From Eledone cirrhosa (taxonomy: Eukaryota), in NCBI GenBank assembly GCA_964016885.1, contig OZ024742.1, positions 133,362,001 through 133,426,000 of the forward strand: a DNA stretch of 64,000 nt, in the 5' to 3' direction. Of this stretch, positions 1-14,072 are shown piece by piece (position 1 is the stretch's first letter; every line of letters starts with the position of its first letter). The notes beneath the pieces were generated by a model. That model ran no database searches. It was not told the origin of the DNA and worked only from the letters and a program-made list of their open reading frames with translations. The position numbers and the translations under genes are program-made.

Positions 1-1110
1 GGACAGCCTCAACAATGAAACTTGTCCCTTCCACAAAAGGCGTAAGAGCAGAAGTTTCAAATCAATGAGGTGCGAATGGGTGCAGAATACAGTCAGGCGG
101 TAGTAGATGACGGACCCGATGCACGTGTTCACCACATCCACCCAACCTTTCAGCGATAGCTTGTCCTACTCTAATTTCTGGGTGCGAGTGGCCAACCTGC
201 TCGTTACATCGTCACAGTCCTTATCCATCTGGAGGTCCGCCCCAGACCCAGAGTATCTTCAAAGGTCCGTCCAACTAGCTTCCGCCGACACTGTTCAATG
301 GCATGGATTTGACACTCCAGGTGCCGAAATACCTAAAACAATCCACTTTTCCGTGTTCAGATTTGTTCCCGTCAACTTTCATATTCTTCTAAGAACGTGC
401 CGACCACATCCATTTCCAAGGTATTCGCCACCATCACGGTTGTGTCGTCCGTATATGCCGACACAGCCCTTTCACGACCCAGTCCGAGTGGGTCACCCTA
501 AAACAGCTCCAGATTGTGTAGTAATGGCACGAGAGTCAAGACGTACAGAAGGGAGAAGAGAGAGCATCCTTGACGAACCGATCCCTCGATCTGAAATGGT
601 TTCCAAAGGTAGCCAATTACGTTGGCCACCGAACAGATGCTACTAACATTGCAGTGATCAAGCCTCTGAAAATGGGACCGAGACAAGTGCCTAAGAGGTC
701 AGCCTCCAGTAATCGACTGATCTAAATTTGTCAGAGCCCCACTAAAGCCAGGTCTACAGCCCACGCTCTCTCTGATGTATTGCATAACATAGAGGTTGTC
801 GTGTATGGACCCAGTCGGGAGTGCGCAAGTTTACGGCACTCCTACCAGATCTTCGACAAGCGCTAACACCTTGGCCAAAATATTAAACTCTGTGTTTAAG
901 AGCGTTTTGTGTATGAAATTATTCACAGTATCCCTCTCTTTCACATCTTTCATCACCAGCGTTACCTGGAATGCCCGTTCTGTGACCAGTTGCAGTAGTG
1001 CGCTTCGAGGAGATCGGAGAACAAGCGTAGCATTTCAAAGCAATGGGTTGGTCATCAAAAACGGGTGATTTGCGCCTTGTGCAGCCAACCAGGGCAAACC
1101 AAATCTAGTA
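1..1110 (-). mobile_element. Decayed L1/Tx1-like LINE ORF2 fragment (reverse transcriptase region)
   Basis: Minus-strand frames give LLNTEFNILAKVL, SVRQGCSLFSLLYVLTLVPLL and AYTDDTTVMV, interrupted by stops and frameshifts. Homologous to 36050-38680 and 47470-48520. Confidence 0.75.
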
Positions 1111-1364
1111 GGCATGATTTGGAGTGGGGTGTAACCTACATTTATTTTTTTTTACAAAAAATAATTTAGAGAACAATTTCAAATTTAAAGTTCATATATT
1201 TGGACGAAGGACCCCTTATTGTTGGAAGTATCTTCTCCATGGTAAAGATAAAAACTCATTGTCCATTTCGTAACAAAGATAAAAAGCAATATAGACTGAT
1301 TGATATACACACACAAAACTAACGTAGCGAAAGCAGGTGTGGCCTATCTTTCAGAGACAAACAA

Positions 1365-1735
1365 TAATAATTGTTTCTAATTTAGGCAAAAAGCCAACAA
1401 TTTTGGGGAAGGGGAAAGCCATTTAAAACGACCGCAGTACATTACTGGTACTTTATTTTATCCACCCCGTAAGAATGAAAGGTAAATCTAACCTTTCCAG
1501 AAAGAAAAGAGACCGATGCTCTACCGGTATTGCCAATCATAATAATTGTTTCTACATTTGGCACAAGGCCAGCAATTACTCAGTGAATTAGTGGTACTTT
1601 ATTTTATCGATCCCGTGAGAATGAAAGGCAAAGTTAACCTCGGCGGGATTTGAACTCAGATCATAAAGGGCCGTAACTCTATGCTGCAAAGCATAGAGTC
1701 GGACTCTCTACCGATACTGACAATCCACTGCCAAT
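1365..1735 (-). mobile_element. tRNA-derived SINE copies (one partial plus one near full-length)
   Basis: Shared core ttttatcga(c/t)cccgt..gatgaaaggcaaagttaacctcggcgggatttgaactcaga; minus strand has B-box GAGTTCAAATCC and an (ATT)n tail. Confidence 0.85.
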
Positions 1736-4700
1736 AATAATAATATTACTACAAATACTAACACCACAATTACGAGATTTTAGCTGCATTTTATCCCCAA
1801 GTAAATATTCTATTAAATGATACCCAGGAAAACTAGTTGGCGTGGCCAATGACTATTTTCTGAGATGATCGGGTGTGATAAGCGAATGATTTGACTGCTA
1901 TTTCTCCTAGGTAAAATGACCATGTTAATGCTCAATTCTCATTAGCTCATTTAACTGGCTGCCTTGATTTTGACTAATGAGGCCGCCGTATGCTATTTCT
2001 GCTAGGTCAATTGATCATGTAGAAGGTCAATTCTTAGCTCATTTTACTTGCTGCGTTGAATTCGACTAATAAGGCCGCCATATGATTCGTTTCTACATCG
2101 CTCACCAAGAGTGCCAGCGCCGATGACATAGAGAATTGAGACAGGACTATCATAAGAAACCTTAACTAGTTAGCTGCTGTACTTAGAAGACATGAAATAT
2201 AAGACTGCGGTATAAGAACACCATCATACTTATTCGAATGCTTGCGCAGGTTTGGTAATGGAAGGAGTGAACAGAATCTGCCGGATACTACGGTTTATAA
2301 AGCAATCTGTCTTTGGGAATACCCAATTCGATATCCAGAAAAGATACAATAAGTTCACTGTGATTCGGGAAAATTACGGCTACTAAAGTATTACTCACGT
2401 AGAATCCATGTTCCCTGGTTATGCTAAAATTCACTTGGCCGAGTTGTATTGCTGTAGTTTTGACTCGGGATCCGAGATATTCCGTGATTCATAAACGCAA
2501 ATCAATAAAATATACGGGCTCATATTTTTTCAAAGTGCGTGACACATTATTCCAAATATATATGCACACTCAGTGAATCATGAGGTGATAAAGTTGGAAC
2601 TTGCAATTGCAGATGCACATTCACAAATTTACTTTGAAGCCAGCATTCAACGCATAGTTATAATAAAGTGCTACTCAGCAATGTAGTGGCGAAATGAACA
2701 CACTAACCCAACACCTGTCCATCCATATATATTATGCATAGTATTATTCGAAAATAACAAACAACATATACTACGGTTTTTAAAGCAATCTGTCTTTGGT
2801 AATACTTGTTACCACCTTGAAAACTGCGTTTATTGTTTAAGAGTGAGTGAGATTAAAAGCATTTTACTTAATAAATAACAGCTAGGGATTTATGAAATGG
2901 TTCTGAATTCAAAGTCTTCAAAGTTTCATCGGGTTCTAATACCAATTGATAAGAATATGAACAATTCCATTTTCTAAATGTTGTTCTTATATTTGAGTAA
3001 CACCATCTAAATAAGAGAACATTTAATACATGTTTGGCATGGCAACATCCCTTCATCCATTTACTTTATTTCCCTACTGTATCTCTGCTCGCCTCGGGTG
3101 TATATTTGTCGATGAATGAGGTGGAAGATATATTGTTTTTTCTTCTTCTATTTATTGTTCGTTGATTTATAGATTTTCTTAGTTTCACGAGATGAAAACA
3201 CTCCTGTTGTGCGCACCCTGCACACTTTCATTATTTTTGTAATTGCGTTTTGCATTTATATTTTTTTGTTACATTTATTGTATTGAAAATCTGTTCTACA
3301 CAATTTGAATTTTATTTTACATTACCTATTTATTTATTTTCTAAGGGGGCAATTATTTGATAGTTGAATTCTTTTGAGTTTCTAGTCATTATTTACTTGT
3401 TAAGGAAAATAAAAATAAATAATGTAATGTAAGATTAGGATGCCAGTTACAAAACAAGCCTACCGGGTTCTAATCTCTTTCTGTTTCTATGATGTGTATG
3501 TTTCATAATAGTTGATTCTGAAAATGTTCCCTTATTTCCTATTTGTCTCAGTTCTTTTGTTAACAACATAAAGTGCGATGTGTTTGGTATTTTGGCTTTC
3601 TGGAATGATCTCAATTAGAAAGCGTTGATATTCAACTTCTAAGGTTCGTCTGTGTTAACTGTATCTAAGTATCATTTATTTATCAATGTATGCCTTTTGT
3701 ACATTTCATCTGAAACTTTCCGCCCTTTTGAAGTGTTTTGCTATGTTTGTATTTAATCTCGAGTTTCAACATGTATAAAAATCTATTATAATAAGATGTT
3801 ATATGCACACATTAATGCATTAAACCTTATGCTGCAGGACGGTAAGGAATCTGTATATACGTGTGTAATATTTGATCTGCGGATATATTGACATGGTATA
3901 CTACTATATCAATATTTCTATACTAAAAAAAAAGGTATGATTTGTTCTCTAAAGCTTCAGTTAGTGATATTTAAATTTTCATATTTGGTATATATTTTTT
4001 ATATTTCCCTTGATATGTATAATTCTGTTTGCAATGTTTATACTAAAGCAAAGTATATATATATACAATTATAGCAACCAATAATAGCACACTCACTCAA
4101 AGAATGATTACGCAGGTTTAAATATCTCCTTGGTGACAACAGTGCATTTAGTAATCATCTATATAAAATCTGCAAAACAATAACCTGGTGCGATATAATT
4201 ACATATATAGACACTTTGCATCTGAAATACAGGAATGATTTGCTATATTTAGTCAACAGCCAGATAAACCCCCTGGTAGAAAAAATGGCAAAACAATATT
4301 TTGATTTGACATAAATACATATAGTCGAGACGTAAAATTATTGGATAAAAAAATATCCCAAAGTATTAAATTAAAAGACTAAATAGAGTTTATTGATAAA
4401 CGAAATGATAATAGCAATTTTTCCTAAAAATTCAAACTAAACAAATATATTGAATCTAAATAAATTATTAAAGTAAATACATACATAAAATACATATTAT
4501 ATAAATGAATTAAAATTGAAATTATCTTAAACGTTTAAAGTAAATTATCCAAGATAACTGAATAAAATTAAATTTGTTAAAGTTAATAAAAAGAAAACAC
4601 CTCATCTCAATTTCCAGGGGCTCCTATTCAGCATAGGTATCCGAAAATTTAAACTAGCATCTGGCAGCATTGAATCATTGGCTACTCCCGCCAACAAAAA

Positions 4701-5103
4701 TATTCGGAAAGCTATTGAAATAAAGTTAGATACATTACTAAATAATAATTTATCAATGTAAAAATTATCTGAATGGCAACCAAGCAAAATATAGAGCCAA
4801 GAAATATGGATGACTTATAGCAAAAATGATTAAAGGGGAGAAATAAAGAAAATGAAAAGGAGAAAAGAAAGAAGGATCAAGCAACGAAAGAAAGCGCAAG
4901 GAGGAGGGACAGTCACTGTTTTGTTTTGACGCGGAGCGTAGACAGGCGGGACGATGTTACTCTGAATATAAAAATATTTTGCCCTGATATAAAAGTAGAA
5001 TACGCAAATAAATGTTACGTAAGGTTTTCGTAATTACAAAATCCAATTAATATATATATATATATATATATATTAGTATGTAATAAACAACATAAGGCAA
5101 TTA

Positions 5104-5163
5104 TTCCATTTAACAGTGGTTTCTTAAAAGCAAAAGGTTTTGCTTTCAATCCTCAGAATGAAA
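5104..5163 (-). ncRNA. Type I hammerhead ribozyme (PLE 3'-terminus remnant)
   Basis: Minus strand ttcatt-CTGAGGA-ttgaaagcaaa(acct)tttgcttttaa-GAAA-ccactgtTA-aatggaa: stem I, core and long stem II present, stem III imperfect. Homologous to 7120-7178. Confidence 0.7.
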
Positions 5164-5299
5164 AAATCCTGGTTTGTTTATTGAATTTGGATCTTAAAAA
5201 CAAAAAAAGCAAGCTATATGAAAGTGAGGCTGGAGAAGGAAGAAGGAAAGGAAAAATAAAAATAAAATAAGACTACCCATACAACCACACGTACACGAA

Positions 5300-5314
5300 A
5301 AACACACACACACA

Positions 5315-5355
<41 letters not shown>

Positions 5356-5475
5356 ACACGCGCATACACACACACGTTATTCCGGGTTGAATCGGAGGCA
5401 GCCACAGTAAGCAAGGCACTCAGTACACCGCAGAGCATGAAGGTTATAATACAGATGAGAATCTGTGTATGTATA

Positions 5476-5551
<76 letters not shown>

Positions 5552-5930
5552 TGTGTATGCGCGCACGCACGCACGCGTATACAAATATAAATATATTTCC
5601 CCCATACACATGTGTGTGCGTGCATGCGCGCATACGCGCAGGGTATGTTCTGTTGAAAGTGTCTCGTGAATTTATGGCTACAGTTGTATAGATTATACTT
5701 AGAAATTGTCTACAGAATTCCCTAAACCTTCGTCAATTTACTAGAACCTTTAAGAATTTAGCTTTTAAGGAATCTCCCCTTCCTCCAAAACTATCTACCA
5801 TGACTGACCCCATACTGATCTTACAGACACCTGTAAGCTAAAGAGAAAGCCAATGATAAGGATTAGCTCCAATCTGAATACAGAAATCTGTCTTCCTTTG
5901 TTCCTCTAAGAACAAACATATACAAACATT

Positions 5931-5984
<54 letters not shown>

Positions 5985-6187
5985 TATCTACACACACACA
6001 CGCATACATATATATATATACACACACACACATACACACACACACATACACACACACATGCATATATACACACACATACACACACACACACACATATACA
6101 CACGCATATATATACACATATATATATATACACATGTATGCGCGTGTGTACACGCATACACATACGTACACATAGCCATACCCACAC

Positions 6188-6276
<89 letters not shown>

Positions 6277-6792
6277 CATACATTCACACAATCAAGCATA
6301 TATACACACGTACATGCATGCACATACATAAATGCACTCCTCTACATATTCACACACGCAAATAAATATAAGAAAAAATATATATATATATATTTTATAA
6401 AAATATTGAGACCGTTACATAAGGCAGCAAACTGGGCAGACAAGCGTGGTAAGAAACACACACAAAAGCACATATACATACGCACGAAATAGTCAACGCA
6501 TTCACACACTCTCACACATAAACAAATTTCAAATACAAATACATAACCGCATACATACGCATACATGCATAACCACGCACAAATGTACAATCTATACACA
6601 CACACATGTGTATACAACTATATGCACACACACACATATATGCATACATAAACACACATATATATACATAAATACAAACGTAAACACACACATATATATA
6701 CACGTACACATACACACACATATACATACATAGCTAAACAATTATACACATACAAATACGTATATATCATAAACACGCACAACAGAACACAA

Positions 6793-6845
<53 letters not shown>

Positions 6846-6894
6846 TACAATTATCAATATATACACACGCACATATGTACACACACAAATATAT

Positions 6895-6951
<57 letters not shown>

Positions 6952-7085
6952 CATGCATATACACATATACACACATACACAACCACGCACACACACATGC
7001 ATACGCATACACACACGTATATGCGTGTGTGTATGTAAAACTCAATCTTAGATAAATCATAAGGACCTTACATATACGTATATAT
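5300..7085. repeat. Compound (CA)n/(TA)n microsatellite field
   Basis: Long ACAC and TATA runs directly visible; source of the HTHT/YIYI ORFs. Confidence 0.95.
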
Positions 7086-7089
7086 AGTA

Positions 7090-7325
7090 GTAAAGTATTA
7101 AAGCAACATAAGTCAATTATTCCATTTACCAAGGGTTTCTTAAAAGCAAAAAAAATTTCCTACAATCTTCAGGATGAGAGAAACCTGGCTTATCCACACA
7201 TACAAATATATACACACACACACAAATACATACATATATAAATACATACACACAGGCACACACACACATACGTATACACATATATACATACACACATACA
7301 CACACATATCTATATATATCTATAT

Positions 7326-7358
<33 letters not shown>

Positions 7359-8500
7359 CACACAAATGTACACACAGATACACATAGGTATGTGGAGGGC
7401 AAGGCAAAAAGAATATATGTGGGGGGGGGGGCGCATAGGAGAAGGTAAAATATAAGGGGAGGTAGGGAGAAAAAAATATATAATAAATGTAAGTATACAA
7501 GAGTACAGAACGTAGAAACAGTAAAATAAAAACCGTAGCAGAAGTAAAGAGCGGGAGAAGGAGTTCAAGGCGGTTGATTTCTCATAGGAGTGTCAATCCA
7601 GTTACAGATCAGGTGCGGTCTCAGATGAGGACAGCATCTGAAGATCTGTCTTTGAATTAAGGCAAGCGGAAGTGTCTCGCAAGTTTAGCAAAATCCTATA
7701 CTTTTCTGTGGTACACAAAGAACAATTCTTTGTGCCCCTTTGTTACTCACTCGAATGGTCTAATATAGACCAATCAATAGAGTACGGGATGTTACTATCC
7801 TTGAGTTCCCACACCTTACTTGCGAGGGCCGTTGATGTTCGTTTATCGGAGTGCTTAAAAGAAGCGACATGTGAGTAAAATCTGGTTTTAAACCTGTCCT
7901 GGGTCATACCGACATGTCGCTCACTCCTGGCTGGCTGGTTGTTGATTACTGGTGTTATCGTAGCCTCATAAACGACAGATTTAGTGTTACATCTACCCTG
8001 CAATGGGCATTCGTCCGGCTTCCTGCAACTGCATCCTGGATTTATTCTCGTCCGGTTTGAGCTGGTGATTTTGGACTTCATAGATGGGCAACAAGAGTAG
8101 CTGATCTTGACTACGTTCCTATTAAATATCTTATAGTATCTATGATTAGGAGGAAAATGTTTGTCTAATAGTTCAAGGAATTTCCTTCCTACATTAGTTT
8201 TGACAGTTAGAGAGAAGGGGGGTGTGAACCAAATAATCTTCCTTTTCCTGTTATTGTGTTTAGTTTTAGGGGGGGGGGGGAGTAGGTAAATAAGAACTGT
8301 TTTCTGTAAAACCGCTGTTCTTAAGGGCTTTATTATAATAAGGGGCGGCTTTATTAAAAATGTCTATAGACGAAGATAAGGTAGAAATCCTACGGCTAAT
8401 GTTAGGAATAAGATTATTAAAAACTATAGGGGGATGGAAAGACTCTTTGTGTATATACCTAAGATTTTCGTTAGGTTTATGGTAGGGTTTAAAAATAATA
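7090..8500 (-). mobile_element. Penelope-like element, 3' part (RT thumb, GIY-YIG endonuclease, 3' UTR)
   Basis: Minus-strand RKIIWFTPPFSLTVKTNVGRKFLELLDKHFP, GCSCRKPDECPLQGRC and VVYEATI...HVGMTQDRFKTRFYSH (ORF 7743-8081), followed by a hammerhead-like terminus near 7120. Confidence 0.85.
7120..7178 (-). ncRNA. Degenerate type I hammerhead ribozyme at PLE 3' end
   Basis: Minus strand tcatc-CTGAAGA-...-GAAA-cccttgg-TA-aatgga; GUA cleavage triplet retained, stem II eroded. Confidence 0.6.
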
Positions 8501-8616
8501 ATTAAGCTCTGTTGCTTACATAGAGCACTCTTTTTTCCTGGACTTTTCCGACGGAATTACTTCATATATATATATATATATGTGGGAGGGTATGGGTGTG
8601 TGGGGGTGTATGTGTT

Positions 8617-8716
<100 letters not shown>

Positions 8717-8734
8717 TGTGTATGTGCATAATTA

Positions 8735-9080
8735 TTAAGGCCATGCCAGATTGGTTTAACTCCCTTAAGATATGGTTAGTGCGATATTCATCCAATTCGA
8801 TACCGTAGATTTTACTCGTCGATATCCAGTGTCTTACTCGAGAAGGCCCTGAGCCTCGCCTGTAAATTTAGTGATATACATGATTTGGACCGACTTTTAA
8901 TATCTCACTGTCGTAAAAACCTTGCTCTTCAACAATGTATAAGAAAATCAAGGACAAATTACAGCTTTTATGTTCCCATGGGATCGTTTGACAGTACATA
9001 CATTTATCCTGGATAATTTAGTGCGAAATTCCCAGATTTCCAGATTTCCAGGCAGGTTTATATCGAAGAGAATGATAGCT
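8735..9080 (+). mobile_element. PLE reverse-transcriptase fragment
   Basis: Frames read DWFNSLK, FIQFDTVDF and YVPMGSFDS, matching the RT motifs of the PLE at 31190-33010. Confidence 0.65.
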
Positions 9081-9565
9081 ATTTCCATGGTTATGGTAGG
9101 AACCGATGTTTTTTTTAATTAACTCAAACATTAGCTTACACGTTTCATTAACTCAAACATCAAGCATTAGCTTACACGTTTGTAATGTTGCTAAGCACAA
9201 CATGATGAGTACATAAAATAATTTGCAACGGGACTTTACTAAAGATCTACAGTCGAATATATGTTGTTGTTTTTTGTATTGAAACAGAAGTGCAACAACG
9301 TTCAAAACGATTATGTGTTTATATGATTGAATTTTCACAAAAGAATATATAATATATATATATATGTTACTGGAAAATAATTACAGATCATATCCATTTA
9401 ATTGTGTGTTTCTCTCATGCATATATATACATATCTATCCTGTTTTCGGTACGTTTCTCTCAGTAGATAAACCAAACACATTGCCATATATATAAGCTGA
9501 TGAGTGTATTGTTGTGCGTGGGTTTGTCAGCATGCGTGCATGTGTCTATGCGTTTGCGTGTAACG

Positions 9566-9613
<48 letters not shown>

Positions 9614-9798
9614 TAATATGTTTTATCATTCGTACACACCCTAAAACATTTGCAATCAATATCTGAACCACTATGTGTTCATTCTATATAAGTGTATAGA
9701 CGATAGAGACATGGCTATCAGACGACTGGGTGTTTTTTTTTACTTAATGTGAGTGAGAGTGAAGGTAGAGAAGAAAGACGGGAACGAGATACGTTGAG

Positions 9799-10125
9799 AT
9801 AATTGTTTCTACATTTGGCACAAGGTCCACAATTATTCAGTACATTACTGGTACTTTATTTTATCGACCCCGTAAGGATGAAAGGCAAAGTTAGCCTCGG
9901 CGGCATTTGAAGTCAGACCATAAAGTGCCGTAACTCTTTGCTGCAAAGCAAGGCGTCCGACGCTCTATCGATACTGCCAATCCACCGCCTAGATACGATG
10001 ATATAATTGTTTCTACCTCTGGCACAAGGCCGGAAATTACTCAGTACATCACCGGTACTTCATTTTATCGACACCCTAAGGATGAAAGGCAAAGCTAACC
10101 TCAGCCCGATATGAACTCAGATACG
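9799..10125 (-). mobile_element. tRNA-derived SINE, one full plus one 5'-truncated copy in tandem
   Basis: Same SINE core; short agatacg repeats at the junctions. Confidence 0.85.
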
Positions 10126-10553
10126 ATAAGATAATGATAATAAATTTGTAGCCGAGGAGTTAATACTCCACTAATAATGTTTAAACCCATCTTGCGAAAT
10201 AACAAGTTACATACATTATATATATATTTGAGAGATAACTTGGTTTTTCTGCGAATGATTTGAAAAATCAGTATGACGTCTTGCTTCCTAAGTTATTTAT
10301 TCTCTTCATATAATTTCCATAGCCGAGTGAATATAAGCTCTTGAAATATTAATTGACTACCTATCAACTACTCAAAACAAAAAGAAAAATGTGCGATAGT
10401 CTCAGTATTAAACACGAAAAAATCGATATATTTTAAATATCGCAGTAACATGATGTCATGTGGAGAGTTGATGTAACTTCAATGCATTTAACACGCGCAG
10501 ATATGTACCATAATTTAAATAAATTACAGAAGTAACGTACGTTTATATAATAT

Positions 10554-10610
<57 letters not shown>

Positions 10611-10866
10611 AGAAAAATGAAACGAAATTTCATTTCTCACTCTTAGTACGTCTGTTACTTAAATATAAGTATGTATACGCATATACATATATGAATACAG
10701 ACGTACAGTAGTATGTATATAAATACATGCACACATATATATATGTACGTATGGATTTACCAAACATGTATTATAATGCTCGGTTTGTTTGTAAACAAAC
10801 ATCCCGAATTAAGACTTACAGTGTTTAGCAACCAACGTTGCCATTTTGTTCAACACTGACAAAGGA

Positions 10867-10909
10867 ACGATATACTAGTTTCAAGCTTATTAGCTATCGT
10901 CAGCACCGT
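10867..10909 (-). ncRNA. Type I hammerhead ribozyme, intact core
   Basis: Minus strand acggtg-CTGACGA-tagc(taataa)gctt-GAAA-CTAG-TA-tatcgt: 6-bp stem I (with G-U pairs), palindromic ACTAGT stem III, GUA triplet. Confidence 0.8.
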
Positions 10910-11056
10910 ATACCTTCCTGCCAGATGATTGAACGTCTTAAAGTATATACTTTCCTTATGCATATTAACGGATGAGCAGCCTAATTTGCATATCGAGTGA
11001 GTTAATCGGCCGGGCGATATACTTTCAGACGTTCAATCATCTGGCCTGGAAGGTAT

Positions 11057-11099
11057 ACGGTGTCGACGATAGCAAATAAGCTTGAAACTAGTACATCGT
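11057..11099 (+). ncRNA. Hammerhead copy with mutated core (likely inactive)
   Basis: acggtg-TCGACGA-tagcaaataagctt-GAAACTAGTA-catcgt; CUGA replaced by UCGA. Confidence 0.65.
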
Positions 11100-11504
11100 C
11101 CCTTTTTCAGTGTTGAACAAAGGGGCAACGATGGTTGCTAAACACTACGGCTTAATTCGGGATGTTTGTTTACAAACAAACTGAGCATTATAATAAATGT
11201 TCGGTAAATCCATACGTACATATATATATGTGTGCATGTCTGTATATATATACATACTACTGTGCGTATGTATACATATATGTATGTACGTATACATACT
11301 TATATTTAAGTAACAGACGTACTAAGAATGAGAAATGAAATTTCGTTTCATTTTTTCCAGTTATCGTTTTCGGTGCGCCCAGCCGATTAACTTATTTCCG
11401 ATCTTCAGTGGTACTCAACACGTTAACTAAAACTACTGCTACAATGTCGGGGTGGAATTGAAAGCAGGCAAGCGAAACTCGTGTAGAATTGAAATAACAA
11501 AAAC

Positions 11505-11694
<190 letters not shown>

Positions 11695-12407
11695 TATGTG
11701 TGTGCGCGTGTGTGTGTATATATATACATACATACACGCATATATATATATGACTACGCGTATGTGTCTGTGTAGGTACCTTCTCGTTTAAACTTGGGCA
11801 CATACATGCGTATATATATATATATATATATATATACGTGTGTGTGTGTTTGCGTGTGTGCATATATATGTGTGGGCTGGAATGGAGGGTGATTTAGTGT
11901 GTGTAAGAGAATGTATAGAAAATATTAATATATTTTAGTAACAGCTATTTTGTGATTATATTTTTTCGGATATTCCTTCAAGGTATTGAGAACCCAGTAA
12001 TTGCATATGTTAAACACTATATAAATTGTATTTATTATATTATATCCTTTGTTATATTGTCAAAATGATTAGGTAAAATTTTAAGTTGTCATATAGCATA
12101 TATCTAGTATATTTATTTGCGATATCTATAGTCAACATCATTTTATACCAGTAAAACCCAAGAGCAGAAAGTCTTCATAAACTTATGCAAAAGTGTATCT
12201 GATATTGCCTATGCAAAATATGCAAAAACTGTATTATTTTCTTCCATAATTTATTCCTTGTTTCACTCATTAGTCTTGTATCATGCTCATTAAATTCCGG
12301 ATCGCAGTTCTTTATAACTGAGCAAGGCACTGCTCGCTGGAGCAGATACAAACTATGCTTCGTGGAAATGCCTAAATAAACTAAGATTTGTTGTTGAACG
12401 TGCAAAA

Positions 12408-12625
12408 GTTAATCTTTCAAAATGGGGATATTTAACGGATGGGGAAGTTGTGTGTGACTGCGGCATCCAACCACAGATTACGCAGCACCTCCTGGTATTC
12501 CCCTTGCTGGAACACCATTGCACAGCATTGGACTTGGCAGAGATTAATGAGTAAGGACAGCAATATGTTAAGCTGTGGCGGAACTACATCTAGCTAAGAT
12601 TTGTAACTGACTAGAAGCAGAAGTT
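12408..12625 (+). mobile_element. LINE 3'-end fragment with zinc-knuckle-like motif
   Basis: Reads NLSKWGYLTDGEVVCDCGIQPQITQHLLVFP, then a gactagaagcagaag tail. Confidence 0.55.
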
Positions 12626-12860
12626 CATTATATATATGTACCCCCCCCCCCCCCACCCACCCCACCCCGATGTAGAGAGAATTATTTTTCAAATTGATCA
12701 GACTAAATTATCAGCTATTATTTACGTTAATATGAGTGAAACCTTCTGTTTATCAGAAATCAAAGAATCAAAAGGAAAACAACTATACTAGATTGGCTCA
12801 GTAATTACACTATAAGTAAAAGAAAAAAATATAGAGTGTTATTGATATAGTTACGCCATT

Positions 12861-13144
12861 CATTTGACAGGAAGGTATACGGTACTGATCACAGCTAGTA
12901 AGCTAGAAGCTAGTTCATCGTTCCTTTGTCTGTGTTGAACAAAAGGGCAACGATGGTTGCCGAACACTGTACGGCTAATAATTAGGGCTCTTTATTTACA
13001 TACAAACCGAGCATTATAATAAATTGTCGGTAAACCCATACGTACATATATATATATATATATATATATGTGTGCATGTATGTATGTATATACATACTAC
13101 TGTACGTCTGTATACATATATGTATGTACGTATACATACTTATA
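12861..13144 (+). mobile_element. Third, decayed copy of retrozyme-like family B
   Basis: Aligns by eye with 11038-11304; the hammerhead at 12879-12921 has a mutated core (CTGATCA...GAAG). Confidence 0.75.
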
Positions 13145-13193
<49 letters not shown>

Positions 13194-14072
13194 GTTGTCC
13201 ATATTTTGGAGGAGTCCTCTAGTCCATTGAGGGCCCACTTATCACCTTCAATAACTTCAGCCACCGTGCAACTGACTGACACAGAAAGGATCTCCTGGAC
13301 CTTTTCATTGACCTGGAATACCGGATTACCATCCATCACCACCTAAGTTAAGTAGAATTCCTGGATGTCACATTGAATTTCAAAACCGGAATATATAATC
13401 CGGACATATAGACATAAAATAATATTCTATCTAAAGTCATTTATAATGAAGGTCTGCCTTCCATGGTTTCGTTGGCAGAAGGATTCTTATTGGAACCAAC
13501 AAAAATTGAACAATCCGCAATATTCTTCACGGAAGTTGAAATTCTTCAAATGTTAAGAGAAAATTGACAAACAAATTATACATATCGTTAACGAAAGAGG
13601 GTGTGTGGTGGGACAAGGTTGTAAGGACTGTAGTCTGACATTTTTATCTTCGGCCAATCCCTCGTAAACTTTTTCAAATTTCATTTGAAAAAGGAAGCTG
13701 AATGTGGGGAGATAAGTGCTATCCCCAGTACATTTGCTAAAAGGTGGGTGAATGTCGCAGGAATGGCCCGTGTCAATGGGTATACACTAAGCATACGGCT
13801 GTAGATTGGTTCAGTTTAGGATGTGGTGGCCTCATATCGGAGTAAACATGAACCGTCAGGCGGTTTAGGATTTGTGGTGTACTTTTGTCGCACCAGAGTG
13901 GTTATGCCTCCTATTGGGGATTGTTATTGTTTATATATTTTGTTAATTGTTTTTGTTATGATTTTTCATATACGATGTTATGTAAGCTCCCATTGTCCGT
14001 CTTTGTATTATTCCTTTAAGTTCGGCTTTTGTGGCCAACAGAAAAACATCATTATTACCATTATTATTATTA

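Larger units (their letters stand above)
10609..11394. mobile_element. Hammerhead-bearing non-coding repeat (retrozyme-like family B), two divergent copies forming a ~340-bp-arm inverted repeat
   Basis: 10609-10948 is the reverse complement of 11017-11358. Left copy is 10609-11016 (-), right copy is 11017-11394 (+); each contains a hammerhead. Confidence 0.8.

Noticed and set aside
5214-7568. Many ORFs rich in YI/CV/HT dipeptides (also near 11.5, 15, 27, 30.4, 51 and 53.6 kb)
   Set aside because: They are translations of (TA)n/(CA)n microsatellites, which lack stop codons.
10609-11358. MITE or foldback DNA transposon interpretation of the palindrome
   Set aside because: The apparent spacer is itself part of the hammerhead unit, a solo arm exists at 12861, and no TSD is seen.
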